Assembly: GCA_012112355.1 (NCBI GenBank)
Contig: GCA_012112355.1_3028.1
From: a phage
Strand: one strand, 5' to 3'
DNA length: 64,000 nucleotides
The position numbers and the translations under genes are program-made. The first letter of the stretch is position 1; each line of letters starts with the position of its first letter. Positions 1 to 11,600 of the stretch are shown here, piece after piece. The notes beneath the pieces were generated by a model, which made no database searches, had not been told where the DNA came from, and worked only from the letters and a program-made list of their open reading frames with translations.

Positions 1-588
1 AGATTGATTCAGGAATTTAGATTCATCGTAGTTACTAAATCCAGAAACTTGTTTAACTTTCAGTACAAAGTTAGCACCTTCCCACGGACAAGTTACATCA
101 ACCGGAGTTTCGCCCATTTCAACATCAACCGCAATCATCGCGTTGATTTTATCCCAGATTTTCTTACCGAAACGATATTTAAATACTTTACCTTCGTTTT
201 CTGGAGCAGCTGGGTCTTTTACAACAAGAATGTTAGCCCAGTAAGAAGTTTTACGTTTAACAAGACCGTATTCTTTATTGTCAGTGTTGTACAAATCATT
301 TTTATTGATGTACTGACATACTGGACAAGAATCGTAATCACCGTGGGTGGATGAACAGTTTTCAATATACCATTTACCATTTTTCTTGAAACCGTGATTT
401 ACAAGAATTGCGAATGGTGCTTGTTCATCATTTTTAGACGGAAGAAAACGAATTACTGCTTGACCGTTACCCGCATTGTCGAGTTTCAGTTTCCACTCGC
501 CTTTATCTTCAGAAGAAAAACCACCTTTATTTCCAGCCAGTTTAGCCATTTGCGCAGCGAGTTCAGCAGTAGATTTACGTTTAAACAT
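1..588 (-). CDS. 32: ssDNA-binding protein gp32, N-terminal ~195 codons; 3' end runs off the window start
   Basis: Manual reverse translation from ATG near 588 gives [17 protein letters not shown]...[12 protein letters not shown]..., the T4 gp32 N-terminus and zinc-binding core. Open at the window edge, so absent from the ORF track. Confidence 0.85.
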   Translation of the reverse strand, partial: MFKRKSTAELAAQMAKLAGNKGGFSSEDKGEWKLKLDNAGNGQAVIRFLPSKNDEQAPFAILVNHGFKKNGKWYIENCSSTHGDYDSCPVCQYINKNDLYNTDNKEYGLVKRKTSYWANILVVKDPAAPENEGKVFKYRFGKKIWDKINAMIAVDVEMGETPVDVTCPWEGANFVLKVKQVSGFSNYDESKFLNQS

Positions 589-688
589 TTTTATTTCCTT
601 TTTTAATTTAATTAACAGTTGGTGCTATGACGATGTATGACCTCATAGCTGGTCAGTGAGATAATTATAATTTATTTATAATAAGCAA
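589..688 (-). promoter_or_regulatory. gene 32 5' leader: A/U-rich UUAAA-repeat translational operator region plus a TATAAATA late-promoter motif (revcomp near 673-680)
   Basis: mRNA-sense sequence upstream of the ATG reads ttaattaaattaaaaaaggaaataaaa-ATG; T4 gp32 autoregulates translation at such a site. Confidence 0.45.
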
Positions 689-1342
689 TTAATACTTACA
701 AGATTTCACAGTTTCAATAAAAACTTTTTTAGCTTCCTGTGAATCGATATTTAAAATTTTTCTATAAGCTTTTAACTTTATAGAATAATTGTTCCAAACT
801 AAATTATTAGTCTGTTCATCATGTTTATCAATTATATTTAAAAACGAATCAAGCAAGATAAACGTCTCAAACGAAATTATGTTCGATTGCAGAAGTTTAA
901 AAATATAACTTGATTGAACTTTTGGATTATACTCAAAGATTTCTTTAAAAGCAGAAACTTCAACTTTTTTACTAAAATAGTAAATATTGCGAATATCTTC
1001 TTCAAACTTAAATTTAATTTGTTTTAAGCGTCCGATATATTCACGATAAAACACAAGTGCATCAGCGTCAGAGATGTCACCAATCCAAGCATCTTGGTTA
1101 GCAACAAGATTGCTTATAAAAATTAAAGCAAGTTCCTTTAATTTATATTTTTCTGATAACTTCTGGAAAAAATACTTATCCCTTCGCTTTTGATAAGCGG
1201 CATCAGACACCCGCATGCACCAATTATACTTAATTACATCATACTTTCCATTCATATGTTGTTTTATCATTAAGTATAATTTATAAACTGATTTACCATC
1301 AATATATCTTTCACCACCAGCAGGCATGCGGAGTTTAATCAT
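689..1342 (-). CDS. 59: helicase-loading protein gp59
   Basis: 217 aa, MIKLRMPAGGERYIDGKSVYKLYLMIKQHMNGKYDV... matches T4 gp59 in length and sequence; lies upstream of gene 32 as in T4. Confidence 0.9.
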   Translation of the reverse strand: MIKLRMPAGGERYIDGKSVYKLYLMIKQHMNGKYDVIKYNWCMRVSDAAYQKRRDKYFFQKLSEKYKLKELALIFISNLVANQDAWIGDISDADALVFYREYIGRLKQIKFKFEEDIRNIYYFSKKVEVSAFKEIFEYNPKVQSSYIFKLLQSNIISFETFILLDSFLNIIDKHDEQTNNLVWNNYSIKLKAYRKILNIDSQEAKKVFIETVKSCKY

Positions 1343-1677
1343 AGTAGAAAATCTAATGTATTAGTTTTTTCACAACGAACAACAGAAGGACGTAAAAGAT
1401 TTTCGTCAATAGCTTCTGACTGAATTTTTTCAATTATACCCGAAGGAATAAATTTAGCAAATTGAGTTTCAGGAATAGAATTTTCTTCTAAGAATGCTGT
1501 TGTAGCTTCAAGATAACTCATTCCAAATTCTTCTACCATTTTTTCAATAATAAATCCATTTTCTTGACGATCGAGAAGCTTTGCTATTTCATCCTTTTCT
1601 TTCTTGATTGAAAGTTCTTTTTCTGAAAGACCGGTCTCATCGACCGGACGAATATCATTTAGAGAAAACTGTGTCAT
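1339..1677 (-). CDS. 33: late transcription co-activator gp33
   Basis: Track ORF 1339..1686; from the internal Met the product MTQFSLNDIRPVDETGLSEKELSIKKEKDEIAKLL is 112 aa as in T4 gp33. Stop overlaps the gene 59 start. Confidence 0.85.
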   Translation of the reverse strand: MTQFSLNDIRPVDETGLSEKELSIKKEKDEIAKLLDRQENGFIIEKMVEEFGMSYLEATTAFLEENSIPETQFAKFIPSGIIEKIQSEAIDENLLRPSVVRCEKTNTLDFLL

Positions 1678-1924
1678 AAAGTTCAACTACCTCTTCAGTT
1701 TCAGCTTCAAACACATCACGGTTATCTTTATGATACAAAGCTAATAGACGATTAAACATCTTACCATCAACGCCAAGTTCATCTTTAGCACGAATTCGAA
1801 TATCTTTAATCAGTTCATTATAACCGGAAATTTTCAGTTTATGATCAGATGCTTCTTTAATAAATTTAGCCAAGTCTTCGCCATGGATAGCTTCATCAAA
1901 TTTAACCATTTCTTTTTTAGCCAT
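1655..1924 (-). CDS. dsbA: dsDNA-binding protein DsbA
   Basis: 89 aa, MAKKEMVKFDEAIHGEDLAKFIKEASDHKLKISGYNELIKD; T4 DsbA size and position between rnh and 33. Confidence 0.85.
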   Translation of the reverse strand: MAKKEMVKFDEAIHGEDLAKFIKEASDHKLKISGYNELIKDIRIRAKDELGVDGKMFNRLLALYHKDNRDVFEAETEEVVELYDTVFSK

Positions 1925-1932
1925 TATTCACC

Positions 1933-2850
1933 TCAAAATTCATTAATGCTATTAGTTAATTTAGAAAGACCCGCTTTTACAAAATATGAATAAATTTTGC
2001 CACGCGGTGGTAATTTATATGAATTATAGTAATTCACAATGTTTGAAGCAATATTATCAGGAATATAATCAAAATCAATTAGAACTAAATTTTCTTTATA
2101 ACGATTATATTCAGATTCTGTGAGAAGCACCTTAGCTTGCTCACGGTCATTAGCAATAGCTTCAACGATTGAAGTTTTCATTGAAGGAGTTCGTTCACCT
2201 TCAACTCTGGTAAACCAAAAGTCAGATCGTACTTTAACTGAAGCAACGTTATCCTTTTTGTCGCCTTTAAGGATTTTAGTCATACAGTCAATTTCAGCAG
2301 AACCGCTTTTAATTTTAACCCATTTCTTGTGCATCGGTGACCATTGCTTAACATTTGGGTATTTGTGAAGCTGTGTAAAGTCACCATCCGACGAAATGAT
2401 TAAAATCTTATGTCCTTCTAAAGAGAACTTTTTAACAAGAACAGCAATGTGGTCATCTGCTTCATACTTATCAATATCCATAACAATGTATGGCATATAA
2501 GCTTTTAATTCATCTATAACTTTATGGCTGGATTCAAAATAACCTTCCCAGTCCCAAGTAGATTCTTCTCGTGCTTTTCCACGGTTTTTCTTATAATAAT
2601 AGGCGAAATCACGACGCCAATATCCAGATTTCGCGTTATCAATACACAGTACAATTTTAGTGTATCCAAGCGTTTTTGCTTTTTTGACATTAAACTTAAT
2701 TGAGTTCAATATCAAATGACGAACCATTGATAAATTAATTTTTTCTTTATCTGGGAAGTTTACTAAAGCAGTTGAAAGCGCAATTTGACTAAAGTCAATA
2801 AAGCAAATTCCTTCTTTGTAATCTTCATCCAGCATCATTTCTAAATCCAT
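1933..2850 (-). CDS. rnh: RNase H (5'-3' exonuclease / flap endonuclease)
   Basis: Track ORF 1933..2865; from the internal Met (MDLEMMLDEDYKEG...) the product is 305 aa as in T4 RNase H. Confidence 0.9.
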   Translation of the reverse strand: MDLEMMLDEDYKEGICFIDFSQIALSTALVNFPDKEKINLSMVRHLILNSIKFNVKKAKTLGYTKIVLCIDNAKSGYWRRDFAYYYKKNRGKAREESTWDWEGYFESSHKVIDELKAYMPYIVMDIDKYEADDHIAVLVKKFSLEGHKILIISSDGDFTQLHKYPNVKQWSPMHKKWVKIKSGSAEIDCMTKILKGDKKDNVASVKVRSDFWFTRVEGERTPSMKTSIVEAIANDREQAKVLLTESEYNRYKENLVLIDFDYIPDNIASNIVNYYNSYKLPPRGKIYSYFVKAGLSKLTNSINEF

Positions 2851-2912
2851 ATGAACCTCGTTCAATTAGTGAGATTTCTATTATATACCATCCAAATCTT
2901 AAAGTAAACAAG

Positions 2913-2920
2913 TATAAATA
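2913..2920 (+). promoter_or_regulatory. T4-type late promoter core TATAAATA upstream of gene 34
   Basis: Exact TATAAATA about 35 nt upstream of the gene 34 ATG at 2955. Confidence 0.5.
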
Positions 2921-2954
2921 CTTATTATTGAAAACACAATAGGAGCCCGGGAGA

Positions 2955-5900
2955 ATGGCCGAGATTAAAAGAAAGTTCAGAGCAGAAGACGGTCTGGACG
3001 CAGGTGGTGATAAAATAATCAACGTAGCTTTAGCTGATCGTACCGTAGGAACTGACGGTGTTAACGTTGATTACTTAATTCAAGAAAACACAGTTCAACA
3101 ATATGATCCAACTCGTGGATATTTAAAAGATTTTGTAATCATTTATGATAACCGCTTTTGGGCTGCTATAAATGATATTCCAAAACCAGCAGGAGCTTTT
3201 AATAGCGGACGCTGGAGAGCATTACGTACCGATGCTAACTGGATTACGGTTTCATCTGGTTCATATCAATTAAAATCTGGTGAAGCTATTTCGGTTAACA
3301 CTGCAGCTGGAAATGACATCACGTTTACTTTACCATCTACTCCAATTGATGGTGATACTATCGTTCTCCAAGATATTGGAGGAAAACCTGGAGTTAACCA
3401 AGTTTTAATTGTAGCTCCAGTGCAAAGTATTGTAAACTTTAGAGGTGAACAAGTACGTTCAGTACTAATGACTCATCCAAAGTCACAGCTAGTTTTAATT
3501 TTTAGTAATCGTCTGTGGCAAATGTATGTTGCTGATTATAGTAGAGAAGCTATAGTTGTAACACCAGCGAATACTTATCAAGCGCAATCCAACGATTTTA
3601 TCGTACGTAGATTTACTTCTGCTGCACCAATTAATATTAAACTTCCGAGATTTGCTAATCATGGCGATATTATTAATTTCGTCGATTTGGATAAATTAAA
3701 TCCTCTTTATCATACAATTGTTACTACATACGATGAAACGACTTCAGTACAAGAAGTTGGAACTCATTCCATTGAAGGCCGTACATCAATTGACGGTTTC
3801 TTGATGTTTGATGATAATGAGAAATTGTGGAGATTGTTTGACGGGGATAGTAAAGCACGTTTACGCGTTATAACAACTAATTCTAATATTCGTCCAAATG
3901 AAGAAGTTATGGTATTTGGTGCGAATAACGGAACAGCTCAGACAATTGAACTTCAGCTTCCGACTGATATTTCTGTTGGTGATACTGTTAAAATTTCCAT
4001 GAATTACATGAGAAAAGGACAAACAGTTAAAATCAAAGCTGCCGGTGAAGATAAAATTGCTTCTTCGGTTCAATTGTTGCAATTCCCAAAACGCTCAGAA
4101 TATCCACCTGAAGCTGAATGGGTTACAGTTCAAGAATTAGTTTTTAACGGTGAAACTAATTATGTTCCAGTTTTACAACTTGCTTATATAGAAGATTCTG
4201 ATGGAAAATACTGGGTTGTGCAACAAAATGTTCCAACCGTAGAAAGAGTAGACTCTTTAAATGATTCTACTAGAGCAAGATTAGGCGTAATAGCTTTAGC
4301 TACACAAGCTCAAGCTAATGTCGATTTAGAAAATTCTCCACAAAAAGAATTAGCAATTACTCCAGAAACGTTAGCTAATCGTACTGCTACTGAAACTCGT
4401 AGAGGTATTGCAAGAATAGCAACTACTGCCCAAGTGAATCAGAACACCACATTCTCTTTTGCAGATGACCTTATCATTACTCCTAAAAAGCTGAATGAAA
4501 GAACTGCTACAGAAACTCGCAGAGGTGTCGCAGAAATTGCTACACAACAGGAAACTAATACAGGTACTGATGATACTACAATCATCACTCCTAAAAAGCT
4601 TCAAGCTCGTCAAGGTTCTGAATCATTATCTGGTATTGTAACTTTTGTATCTACTGCAGGTGCTACTCCGGCTTCTAGCCGCGAATTAAATGGTACCAAC
4701 GTTTATAATAAAAACACTAATAATTTAGTTGTTTCACCTAAAGCTTTGGATCAGTATAAAGCTACTCCAACGCAACAAGGTGCAGTAATTTTAGCAGTTG
4801 AAAGTGAAGTAATTGCTGGACAAAGTCAGCAAGGATGGGCAAATGCTGTTGTAACGCCAGAAACGTTACATAAAAAGACATCAACTGATGGAAGAATTGG
4901 TTTAATTGAAATTGCTACGCAAAGTGAAGTTAATACAGGAACTGATTATACTCGTGCAGTCACTCCTAAAACTTTAAATGACCGTAGAGCAACTGAAAGT
5001 TTAAGTGGTATAGCTGAAATTGCTACACAAGTTGAATTCGACGCAGGCGTCGACGATACTCGTATCTCTACACCATTAAAAATTAAAACCAGATTTAATA
5101 GTACTGATCGTACTTCTGTTGTTGCTCTATCTGGATTAGTTGAATCAGGAACTCTCTGGGACCATTATACCCTTAATATTCTTGAAGCAAATGAGACACA
5201 ACGTGGTACACTTCGTGTAGCTACACAAGTTGAAGCTGCTGCAGGAACACTAGATAATGTTTTAATAACTCCTAAAAAGCTTTTAGGTACTAAATCTACT
5301 GAAGCACAGGAAGGTGTTATTAAAGTTGCAACTCAGTCTGAAACTGTGACTGGAACGTCGGCAAATACTGCTGTATCTCCAAAAAATTTAAAATGGATTG
5401 TGCAGAGTGAACCTACTTGGGCAGCTACTACTGCAATAAGAGGTTTTGTTAAAACTTCATCCGGTTCTATTACATTCGTTGGTAATGATACAGTTGGTTC
5501 AACACAACCTTTAGAATCATATGAAAAAAATAGCTATGCTATATCTCCATATGAATTAAACCGTGTACTTGCTAACTATTTGCCATTGAAAGCTAAAGCC
5601 GTAGATAGTAATTTATTGGATGGTCTAGATTCATCTCAGTTCATTCGTAGGGACATTGCACAGACGGTTAATGGTTCACTAACCTTAACCCAACAAACGA
5701 ATCTGAGTGCCCCTCTTGTATCATCTAGTACTGCTACGTTCGGTGGATCAGTTTCAGCAAATAGTACATTAACTATTTCTAATACTGGAACGACTTCTTC
5801 TCGATTTACATTTGAGAAAGGTCCTGCTTCTGGTAGTAATGCTGATTCTGCATTGTATGTTCGTGTATGGGGTAATAAGTACAGCGGCGGTTCTGATGTA

Positions 5901-6827
5901 ACTCGTGCAACGATTATAGAATTCTCTGATGCTACCGGCTCTCATTTCTATTCTCAAAGAGATACGTCAAATAATGTGTTGTTCAACATTTCAGGTACGA
6001 TGCAATCAGTCAACGCTAACGTTCGTGGTGTTCTGAACGTTACAGGTGTCTCAACGTTTAATAGTTCAGTTACAGCCAATGGTGAATTCATTAGCAAGTC
6101 TGCAAATGCTTTCAGAGCAATAAACGGTGATTATGGATTCTTTATCAGGAATGATGGCGGCAGCACATATTTTATGCTTACTGCATCCGGTGATCAGACC
6201 GGTGGATTTAATGGATTACGTCCATTATCAATTAATAATCAATCCGGTCAGATTACAATTGGTGAAGGCTTAATCATTGCCAAAGGTGCTACTATAAATT
6301 CTGGCGGTTTGACTGTTAACTCGAGAATTCGTTCTCAGGGTACTAAAACATCTGATTTATATACCCGTGCGCCAACATCTGATACTGTAGGATTCTGGTC
6401 AATTGATATTAACGATTCAGCCACTTATAACCAGTTCCCAGGTTATTTTAAAATGGTTGAAAAAACTAATGAAGTGACTGGGCTTCCATACTTAGAACGT
6501 GGCGAAGAAGTTAAATCTCCTGGTACATTGACTCAGTTTGGTAATACACTTGATTCGCTTTACCAAGATTGGATTACTTATCCAACGACGCCAGAAGCGC
6601 GTACCACTCGCTGGACCCGTACATGGCAGAAAACTAAAAACTCTTGGTCAAGTTTTGTTCAGGTATTTGACGGAGGTAACCCTCCTCAACCATCTGATAT
6701 TGGCGCTTTACCATCTGATAATGCTACAATGGGGAATCTTACTATTCGTGATTTCTTACGAATTGGTAATGTTCGCATTATTCCTGACCCAGTGAATAAA
6801 ACTGTTAAATTTGAATGGGTTGAATAA
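2955..6827 (+). CDS. 34: long tail fibre proximal subunit gp34
   Basis: 1290 aa (T4 gp34 is 1289); MAEIKRKFRAEDGLDAGGDKIINVALADRTVGTDGVNVDYL N-terminus; repeated ETRRG-IAEIATQ motifs typical of gp34. Confidence 0.9.
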   Translation: MAEIKRKFRAEDGLDAGGDKIINVALADRTVGTDGVNVDYLIQENTVQQYDPTRGYLKDFVIIYDNRFWAAINDIPKPAGAFNSGRWRALRTDANWITVSSGSYQLKSGEAISVNTAAGNDITFTLPSTPIDGDTIVLQDIGGKPGVNQVLIVAPVQSIVNFRGEQVRSVLMTHPKSQLVLIFSNRLWQMYVADYSREAIVVTPANTYQAQSNDFIVRRFTSAAPINIKLPRFANHGDIINFVDLDKLNPLYHTIVTTYDETTSVQEVGTHSIEGRTSIDGFLMFDDNEKLWRLFDGDSKARLRVITTNSNIRPNEEVMVFGANNGTAQTIELQLPTDISVGDTVKISMNYMRKGQTVKIKAAGEDKIASSVQLLQFPKRSEYPPEAEWVTVQELVFNGETNYVPVLQLAYIEDSDGKYWVVQQNVPTVERVDSLNDSTRARLGVIALATQAQANVDLENSPQKELAITPETLANRTATETRRGIARIATTAQVNQNTTFSFADDLIITPKKLNERTATETRRGVAEIATQQETNTGTDDTTIITPKKLQARQGSESLSGIVTFVSTAGATPASSRELNGTNVYNKNTNNLVVSPKALDQYKATPTQQGAVILAVESEVIAGQSQQGWANAVVTPETLHKKTSTDGRIGLIEIATQSEVNTGTDYTRAVTPKTLNDRRATESLSGIAEIATQVEFDAGVDDTRISTPLKIKTRFNSTDRTSVVALSGLVESGTLWDHYTLNILEANETQRGTLRVATQVEAAAGTLDNVLITPKKLLGTKSTEAQEGVIKVATQSETVTGTSANTAVSPKNLKWIVQSEPTWAATTAIRGFVKTSSGSITFVGNDTVGSTQPLESYEKNSYAISPYELNRVLANYLPLKAKAVDSNLLDGLDSSQFIRRDIAQTVNGSLTLTQQTNLSAPLVSSSTATFGGSVSANSTLTISNTGTTSSRFTFEKGPASGSNADSALYVRVWGNKYSGGSDVTRATIIEFSDATGSHFYSQRDTSNNVLFNISGTMQSVNANVRGVLNVTGVSTFNSSVTANGEFISKSANAFRAINGDYGFFIRNDGGSTYFMLTASGDQTGGFNGLRPLSINNQSGQITIGEGLIIAKGATINSGGLTVNSRIRSQGTKTSDLYTRAPTSDTVGFWSIDINDSATYNQFPGYFKMVEKTNEVTGLPYLERGEEVKSPGTLTQFGNTLDSLYQDWITYPTTPEARTTRWTRTWQKTKNSWSSFVQVFDGGNPPQPSDIGALPSDNATMGNLTIRDFLRIGNVRIIPDPVNKTVKFEWVE

Positions 6828-6835
6828 GAGGTATT

Positions 6836-7951
6836 ATGGAAAAATTTATGACAGAGTTTGGACAAGGATATGTCCAAACGCCGTTTTTATCGGAAAGCAA
6901 TTCAGTAAGATATAAAATAAGCATAGCGGGTTCTTGCCCGCTTTCTACAGCAGGACCATACGTTAAATTTCAGGATAATCCTGTAGGAAATCAAACATTT
7001 AGCGCAGGCCTTCATTTAAGAGTTTTTGACCCTTCCACCGGAGCATTAGTTGATAGTAAATCATATGCTTTTTCGACTTCAAATGATACTACATCAGCTG
7101 CCTTTGTTAGTTTCATGAATTCTTTGACGAATAACAGACTTGTTGCTATATTAACTAGTGGAAAGGTTAATTTTCCTCCTGAAGTAGTATCTTGGTTAAG
7201 AACCGCAGGAACGTCTGCCTTTCCATCTGACTCTATATTGTCAAGATTTGACGTATCATATGCTGCTTTTTATACTTCTTCTAAAAGAGCTATCGCATTA
7301 GAGCATGTTAAATTAAGTAATAGAAAAAGCACAGATGATTATCAAACTATTTTAGATGTTGTATTTGACAGTTTAGAAGACGTAGGAGCTACCGGGTTTC
7401 CAAGAAGAACGTATGAAAGTGTTGAGCAATTTATGTCAGCCGTTGGTGGAACTAATAACGAAATTGCGCGTCTACCAACTTCAGCTGCTATAAGTAAATT
7501 ATCTGATTATAATTTAATTCCTGGAGATGTTCTTTATCTTAAAGCCCAGTTATATGCTGATGCTGATTTACTTGCTCTTGGAACTACAAATATATCTATC
7601 CGTTTTTATAATGCATCTAACGGATATATTTCTTCAACACAAGCTGAATTTACTGGGCAAGCTGGGTCATGGGAATTAAAGGAAGATTATGTAGTTGTTC
7701 CAGAAAATGCAGTAGGATTTACGATATATGCACAGAGAACTGCTCAAGCGGGACAAGGCGGTATGCGAAATTTAAGCTTTTCTGAAGTATCAAGAAACGG
7801 CGGCATTTCAAAACCTGCTGAATTTGGCGTCAATGGTATTCGTGTTAATTATATCTGTGAATCTGCTTCACCTCCGGATATAATGGTACTTCCTACACAA
7901 GCATCGTCTAAAACTGGTAAAGTGTTTGGGCAAGAATTTAGAGAAGTATAA
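6836..7951 (+). CDS. 35: long tail fibre hinge connector gp35
   Basis: 371 aa directly after gene 34; size and position of T4 gp35 (372 aa). Confidence 0.8.
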   Translation: MEKFMTEFGQGYVQTPFLSESNSVRYKISIAGSCPLSTAGPYVKFQDNPVGNQTFSAGLHLRVFDPSTGALVDSKSYAFSTSNDTTSAAFVSFMNSLTNNRLVAILTSGKVNFPPEVVSWLRTAGTSAFPSDSILSRFDVSYAAFYTSSKRAIALEHVKLSNRKSTDDYQTILDVVFDSLEDVGATGFPRRTYESVEQFMSAVGGTNNEIARLPTSAAISKLSDYNLIPGDVLYLKAQLYADADLLALGTTNISIRFYNASNGYISSTQAEFTGQAGSWELKEDYVVVPENAVGFTIYAQRTAQAGQGGMRNLSFSEVSRNGGISKPAEFGVNGIRVNYICESASPPDIMVLPTQASSKTGKVFGQEFREV

Positions 7952-7956
7952 ATTGA

Positions 7957-7979
7957 GGGAGCCTTCGGGTTCCCTTTTT
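7957..7979 (+). terminator. stem-loop (gggagcc-ttcg-ggttccc) followed by a T-run after gene 35
   Basis: Inverted repeat with UUCG loop and ctttttc tail immediately 3' of the gene 35 stop. Confidence 0.5.
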
Positions 7980-7982
7980 CTT

Positions 7983-7990
7983 TATAAATA
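7983..7990 (+). promoter_or_regulatory. T4-type late promoter core TATAAATA upstream of gene 36
   Basis: Exact TATAAATA about 24 nt upstream of the gene 36 ATG at 8014. Confidence 0.5.
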
Positions 7991-8013
7991 CTATTAAAAT
8001 AAAGGGGCATACA

Positions 8014-8676
8014 ATGGCTGATTTAAAAGTAGGTTCAACAACCGGAGGCTCTGTCATTTGGCATCAAGGAAATTTTCCATTGAATCCAGCCGGTGACGAT
8101 GTACTCTATAAATCATTTAAAATATATTCAGAATATAATAAACCGCAAGCTGCTGATAACGATTTCGTTTCTAAAGCTAATGGTGGTACTTACGCCGCGA
8201 CTGTTCGATTTAATGGAGGAGTACATGTTCCTACTATAGGTAGTAGTCAACAGTGCGGTGTTTATCCAGGTAACGGTGATGCAGCTACCTTTGCTATGGC
8301 AAATATTGACATCGTTTCGTGGAATGGTATTGGTTTTAAATCATCACAAGGTTCAGCAGACCGAACTGTTGTAATTAATGCACGTAATGGTGATATTAGT
8401 ACAAAAGGCGTTATGACAGCAGTAGGTCAAATAAGAAGTAATGCAGTTGCTCCTGTAGCAGCAAATGACCTTACTCGAAAAGATTATGTTGATGGAGCAA
8501 TAAATACTGTTACGGCAAATGCGGATTCTAGAGTTTTCCGTAAAGGAGACACTATGACTGGAAACTTAACCGCACCAAACTTTTTCTCGCAGAATCCTGC
8601 ATCTCAACCTTCACACGTTCCACGATTTGACCAAATCGTAATTAAGGATTCTGTTCAAGATTTCGGCTATTATTAA
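8014..8676 (+). CDS. 36: long tail fibre distal connector gp36
   Basis: 220 aa (T4 gp36 is 221), MADLKVGSTTGGSVIWHQGNFPLNPAGDDVLYKSFKIY, between genes 35 and 37. Confidence 0.85.
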   Translation: MADLKVGSTTGGSVIWHQGNFPLNPAGDDVLYKSFKIYSEYNKPQAADNDFVSKANGGTYAATVRFNGGVHVPTIGSSQQCGVYPGNGDAATFAMANIDIVSWNGIGFKSSQGSADRTVVINARNGDISTKGVMTAVGQIRSNAVAPVAANDLTRKDYVDGAINTVTANADSRVFRKGDTMTGNLTAPNFFSQNPASQPSHVPRFDQIVIKDSVQDFGYY

Positions 8677-8684
8677 GAGGACTT

Positions 8685-11600
8685 ATGGCTACTTTAAAAC
8701 AAATACAATTTAAAAGAAGCAAAACCGCAGGTGCACGTCCTGCTGCTTCAGTATTAGCCGAAGGTGAATTGGCTATAAACTTAAAAGATAGAACAATTTT
8801 TACTAAAGATGATTCAGGAAATATCATCGATTTAAGCATTTCTACTGGTGGTAATATCAGTGGAAATATAACTCAAACTGGAGATTATTTACAGAACGGT
8901 ACATATAATCTCAATGGAAATCAGTTTGTTTATGCAGGAAAATATATTGAATTTTTACCTAAAACAGCTGGTAATGGTGCGTGGGCAAATCAACACCTAA
9001 ATAAAGCTCCTATCTTTACAGATTTAAGTTCAACTACTTCTGTTTCAGAATACCATCCGCTGATTAAACAACGCTATAAAGATGGAACTTTTTCTGCTGG
9101 TACATTAGTAAACGAAGGTAGTTTTAAATTCCATTATATTGATGAAACCGGGACTTCAAAATACTGGACTTTTAATCGAAACGGTAATTTCATCGTAGAT
9201 TCTGGTAGTATTGAAGTTCGTGCTGGTAATATTTCCGCTTCAGGCAATATTAACTCTGCTAATGGTATTATCACCGGTCCTGAAATTGTTACTAAAAATA
9301 TTAATTTCAGTACAAAAACATTTGTAGCTAATGCTAACATTGGATATGATTGGGTTTCTTTACCTACTTGGGTTTATAACCCACCGGCTGATGGTTCTGA
9401 TAATACTACTAACGGTTTAAACTATTTGCGTAAATTGCGTGCATCAAGTGCATCAAGTATTTTCCATGAAATTGCTGATTGTCGAAAAGGCAAGCCACAA
9501 GAAATTTCTTGGTGGACAGGTGTAGGCCCGGAATCTTTCCAATGGGCGTTTGATACCTCCGGTCGTATTACTGCAGGTAAATCTATTTCGGTAGGTCTTC
9601 CTGATAATGGTACAAATGGACGTTATCCTTTAGATTCTGCGATTTCTATAGGTATTGCAATTGGTGATAACGACACCGGTATTAAATGGGTCCGCGACGG
9701 TGTTATTGATTTCATGGCTAACGGTATTTCATCTGCTACTATTTTGAATAACGGTATTAACAGTACTAAAAAATTGATGGTCGGTTATAGTCGAGATTCC
9801 GGTTCTACTTGGGATTACCCAAATAACAACCAAGCAATGTTTACTGCGCGTACCGATGTTGATGGTAATAATAACGGCGATGGACAGACTCATATCGGTT
9901 ATAGCAGCAATGCCAAGATGTATCACTATTTCCGTGGTACAGGTCGTATGTCCGTTAATATGGGCGATGGACTTCTTGTTGAGCCTGGCATTTTGGATAT
10001 TAAAACTGGTTCAAATTCGTTAAATTTGCGTGCTGATGGTACCATAGCTTCTGTTCAAACGTTAAAACTTAATAATGGATTATATTTTAATGGTGATGGA
10101 ACTAATGCTTCTCTAGTTTTTAAAGCAGCTTCAGGTATTGATGGCACTAAGCAAATCATGTGGGAAGGCGGTACACGAGCAGGTCAGAATAAGAGTTATG
10201 TAACTGTTAAAGCATGGGGTAATTCATTTAACGCATCCGGCGATCGTAATCGTGAAACAGTTTTTGAAGTTAGTGACGGGCAAGGATATTATTTTTATTC
10301 ACAGCGTATGGCTCCAAGTGGCTCTGAAACTACTGGGCCTGTTGTAACCCAGTTCAATGGACAAGTTAATGCTAGAGGAAGTATTATTACTGACGGAAGT
10401 TTTAAAGTTAATGGATTAAGCACTTTAGTCGGTAATGTTACTATGTCTAACGGTTTGTTTGTCCAAGGTGGTTCTTCTATTACTGGACAAGTTAAAATTG
10501 GTGGAACAGCTGATGCATTAAGAATTTGGAATGCTGAATACGGGGCTATTTTCCGTCGTTCTGAAGCGGCATTGCATATTATCCCGACTCCTAAAGATGC
10601 TGGAGAATCAGGTGGAATAAGCAATCTCCGTCCATTAAGTATTAGTCTTAATAATGGTATGGTACAAATGCGCCATTCTGTCACGTTAGGCGATGATGGC
10701 GCTGGCGGTAATATGATTACTGTGGACAATGATAACAAACTTGTTGTTGTTACTAGTCATAGTCGTATTTCTCCTAATTACCGTATGCAGGTAGGACAAG
10801 CAGCTTATATTGATGCTGAATGTACTGACACCGTTCGCCCGGCCGGCGCAGGCTCTTTTGCTTCCCAAAATAATGAAAATGTCCGTGCTCCGTTCTATAT
10901 GAATATTAATAGAACTGATACTAGCACATATGTTCCTATTTTAAAACAGCGATATGTTCAAGGTAACAGCTGTTATTCGTTAGGCACTTTAATTAATGGT
11001 GGTAACTTTAGAGTTCATTATCATGAAGGTGGAGACGGAAGCTCAACAGGCGCAGTTATAAAAGATTTAGGCTGGGAATTTAACAAAAACGGTGATTTTT
11101 ACTCTCCTGGTAAATTAGGTGCTGGTGCGGTTCGTATTGGTACTGACGGTAATATCACGGGCGGTTCATTACCTAACTTTGCTAACTTGAACTTGACATT
11201 AGACCGTAAAGTCAATACCCGAATGGTTTCTTATTCAGGTACTGGCGGTTGGTATAAATTAGCCACTGTAACAATGCCACAATCCACTTCAACCGTCACA
11301 TTCGAAATTGCTGGTGGTAATGGATATAATGTCAACATCCCACACCAATGCGTTACTTCGAAAATCGTTTTAAGAACTTCGAACAATAACCCGAAAGGTA
11401 TTAACGCTGTTGTTTGGTCGATGGATACCGATCAGGGTATTAAGAATGTTGCAACGGTTAATACATCAGGCGATGTTTATGACATCTATGTAAACGTTGG
11501 TACTTATGCTCAGGCGTTAGCAGTTTCTTATTATGCTACTCCTAATGCTACCATTAATCAGATATTTGCAACGGACCAACCGGGTGCAACAGAAACTGCG

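Noticed and set aside
4-606. Plus-strand ORFs 4..354 and 394..606
   Set aside because: They are antisense to the gene 32 coding sequence (minus strand, [10 protein letters not shown]...) and have low-complexity, implausible translations.
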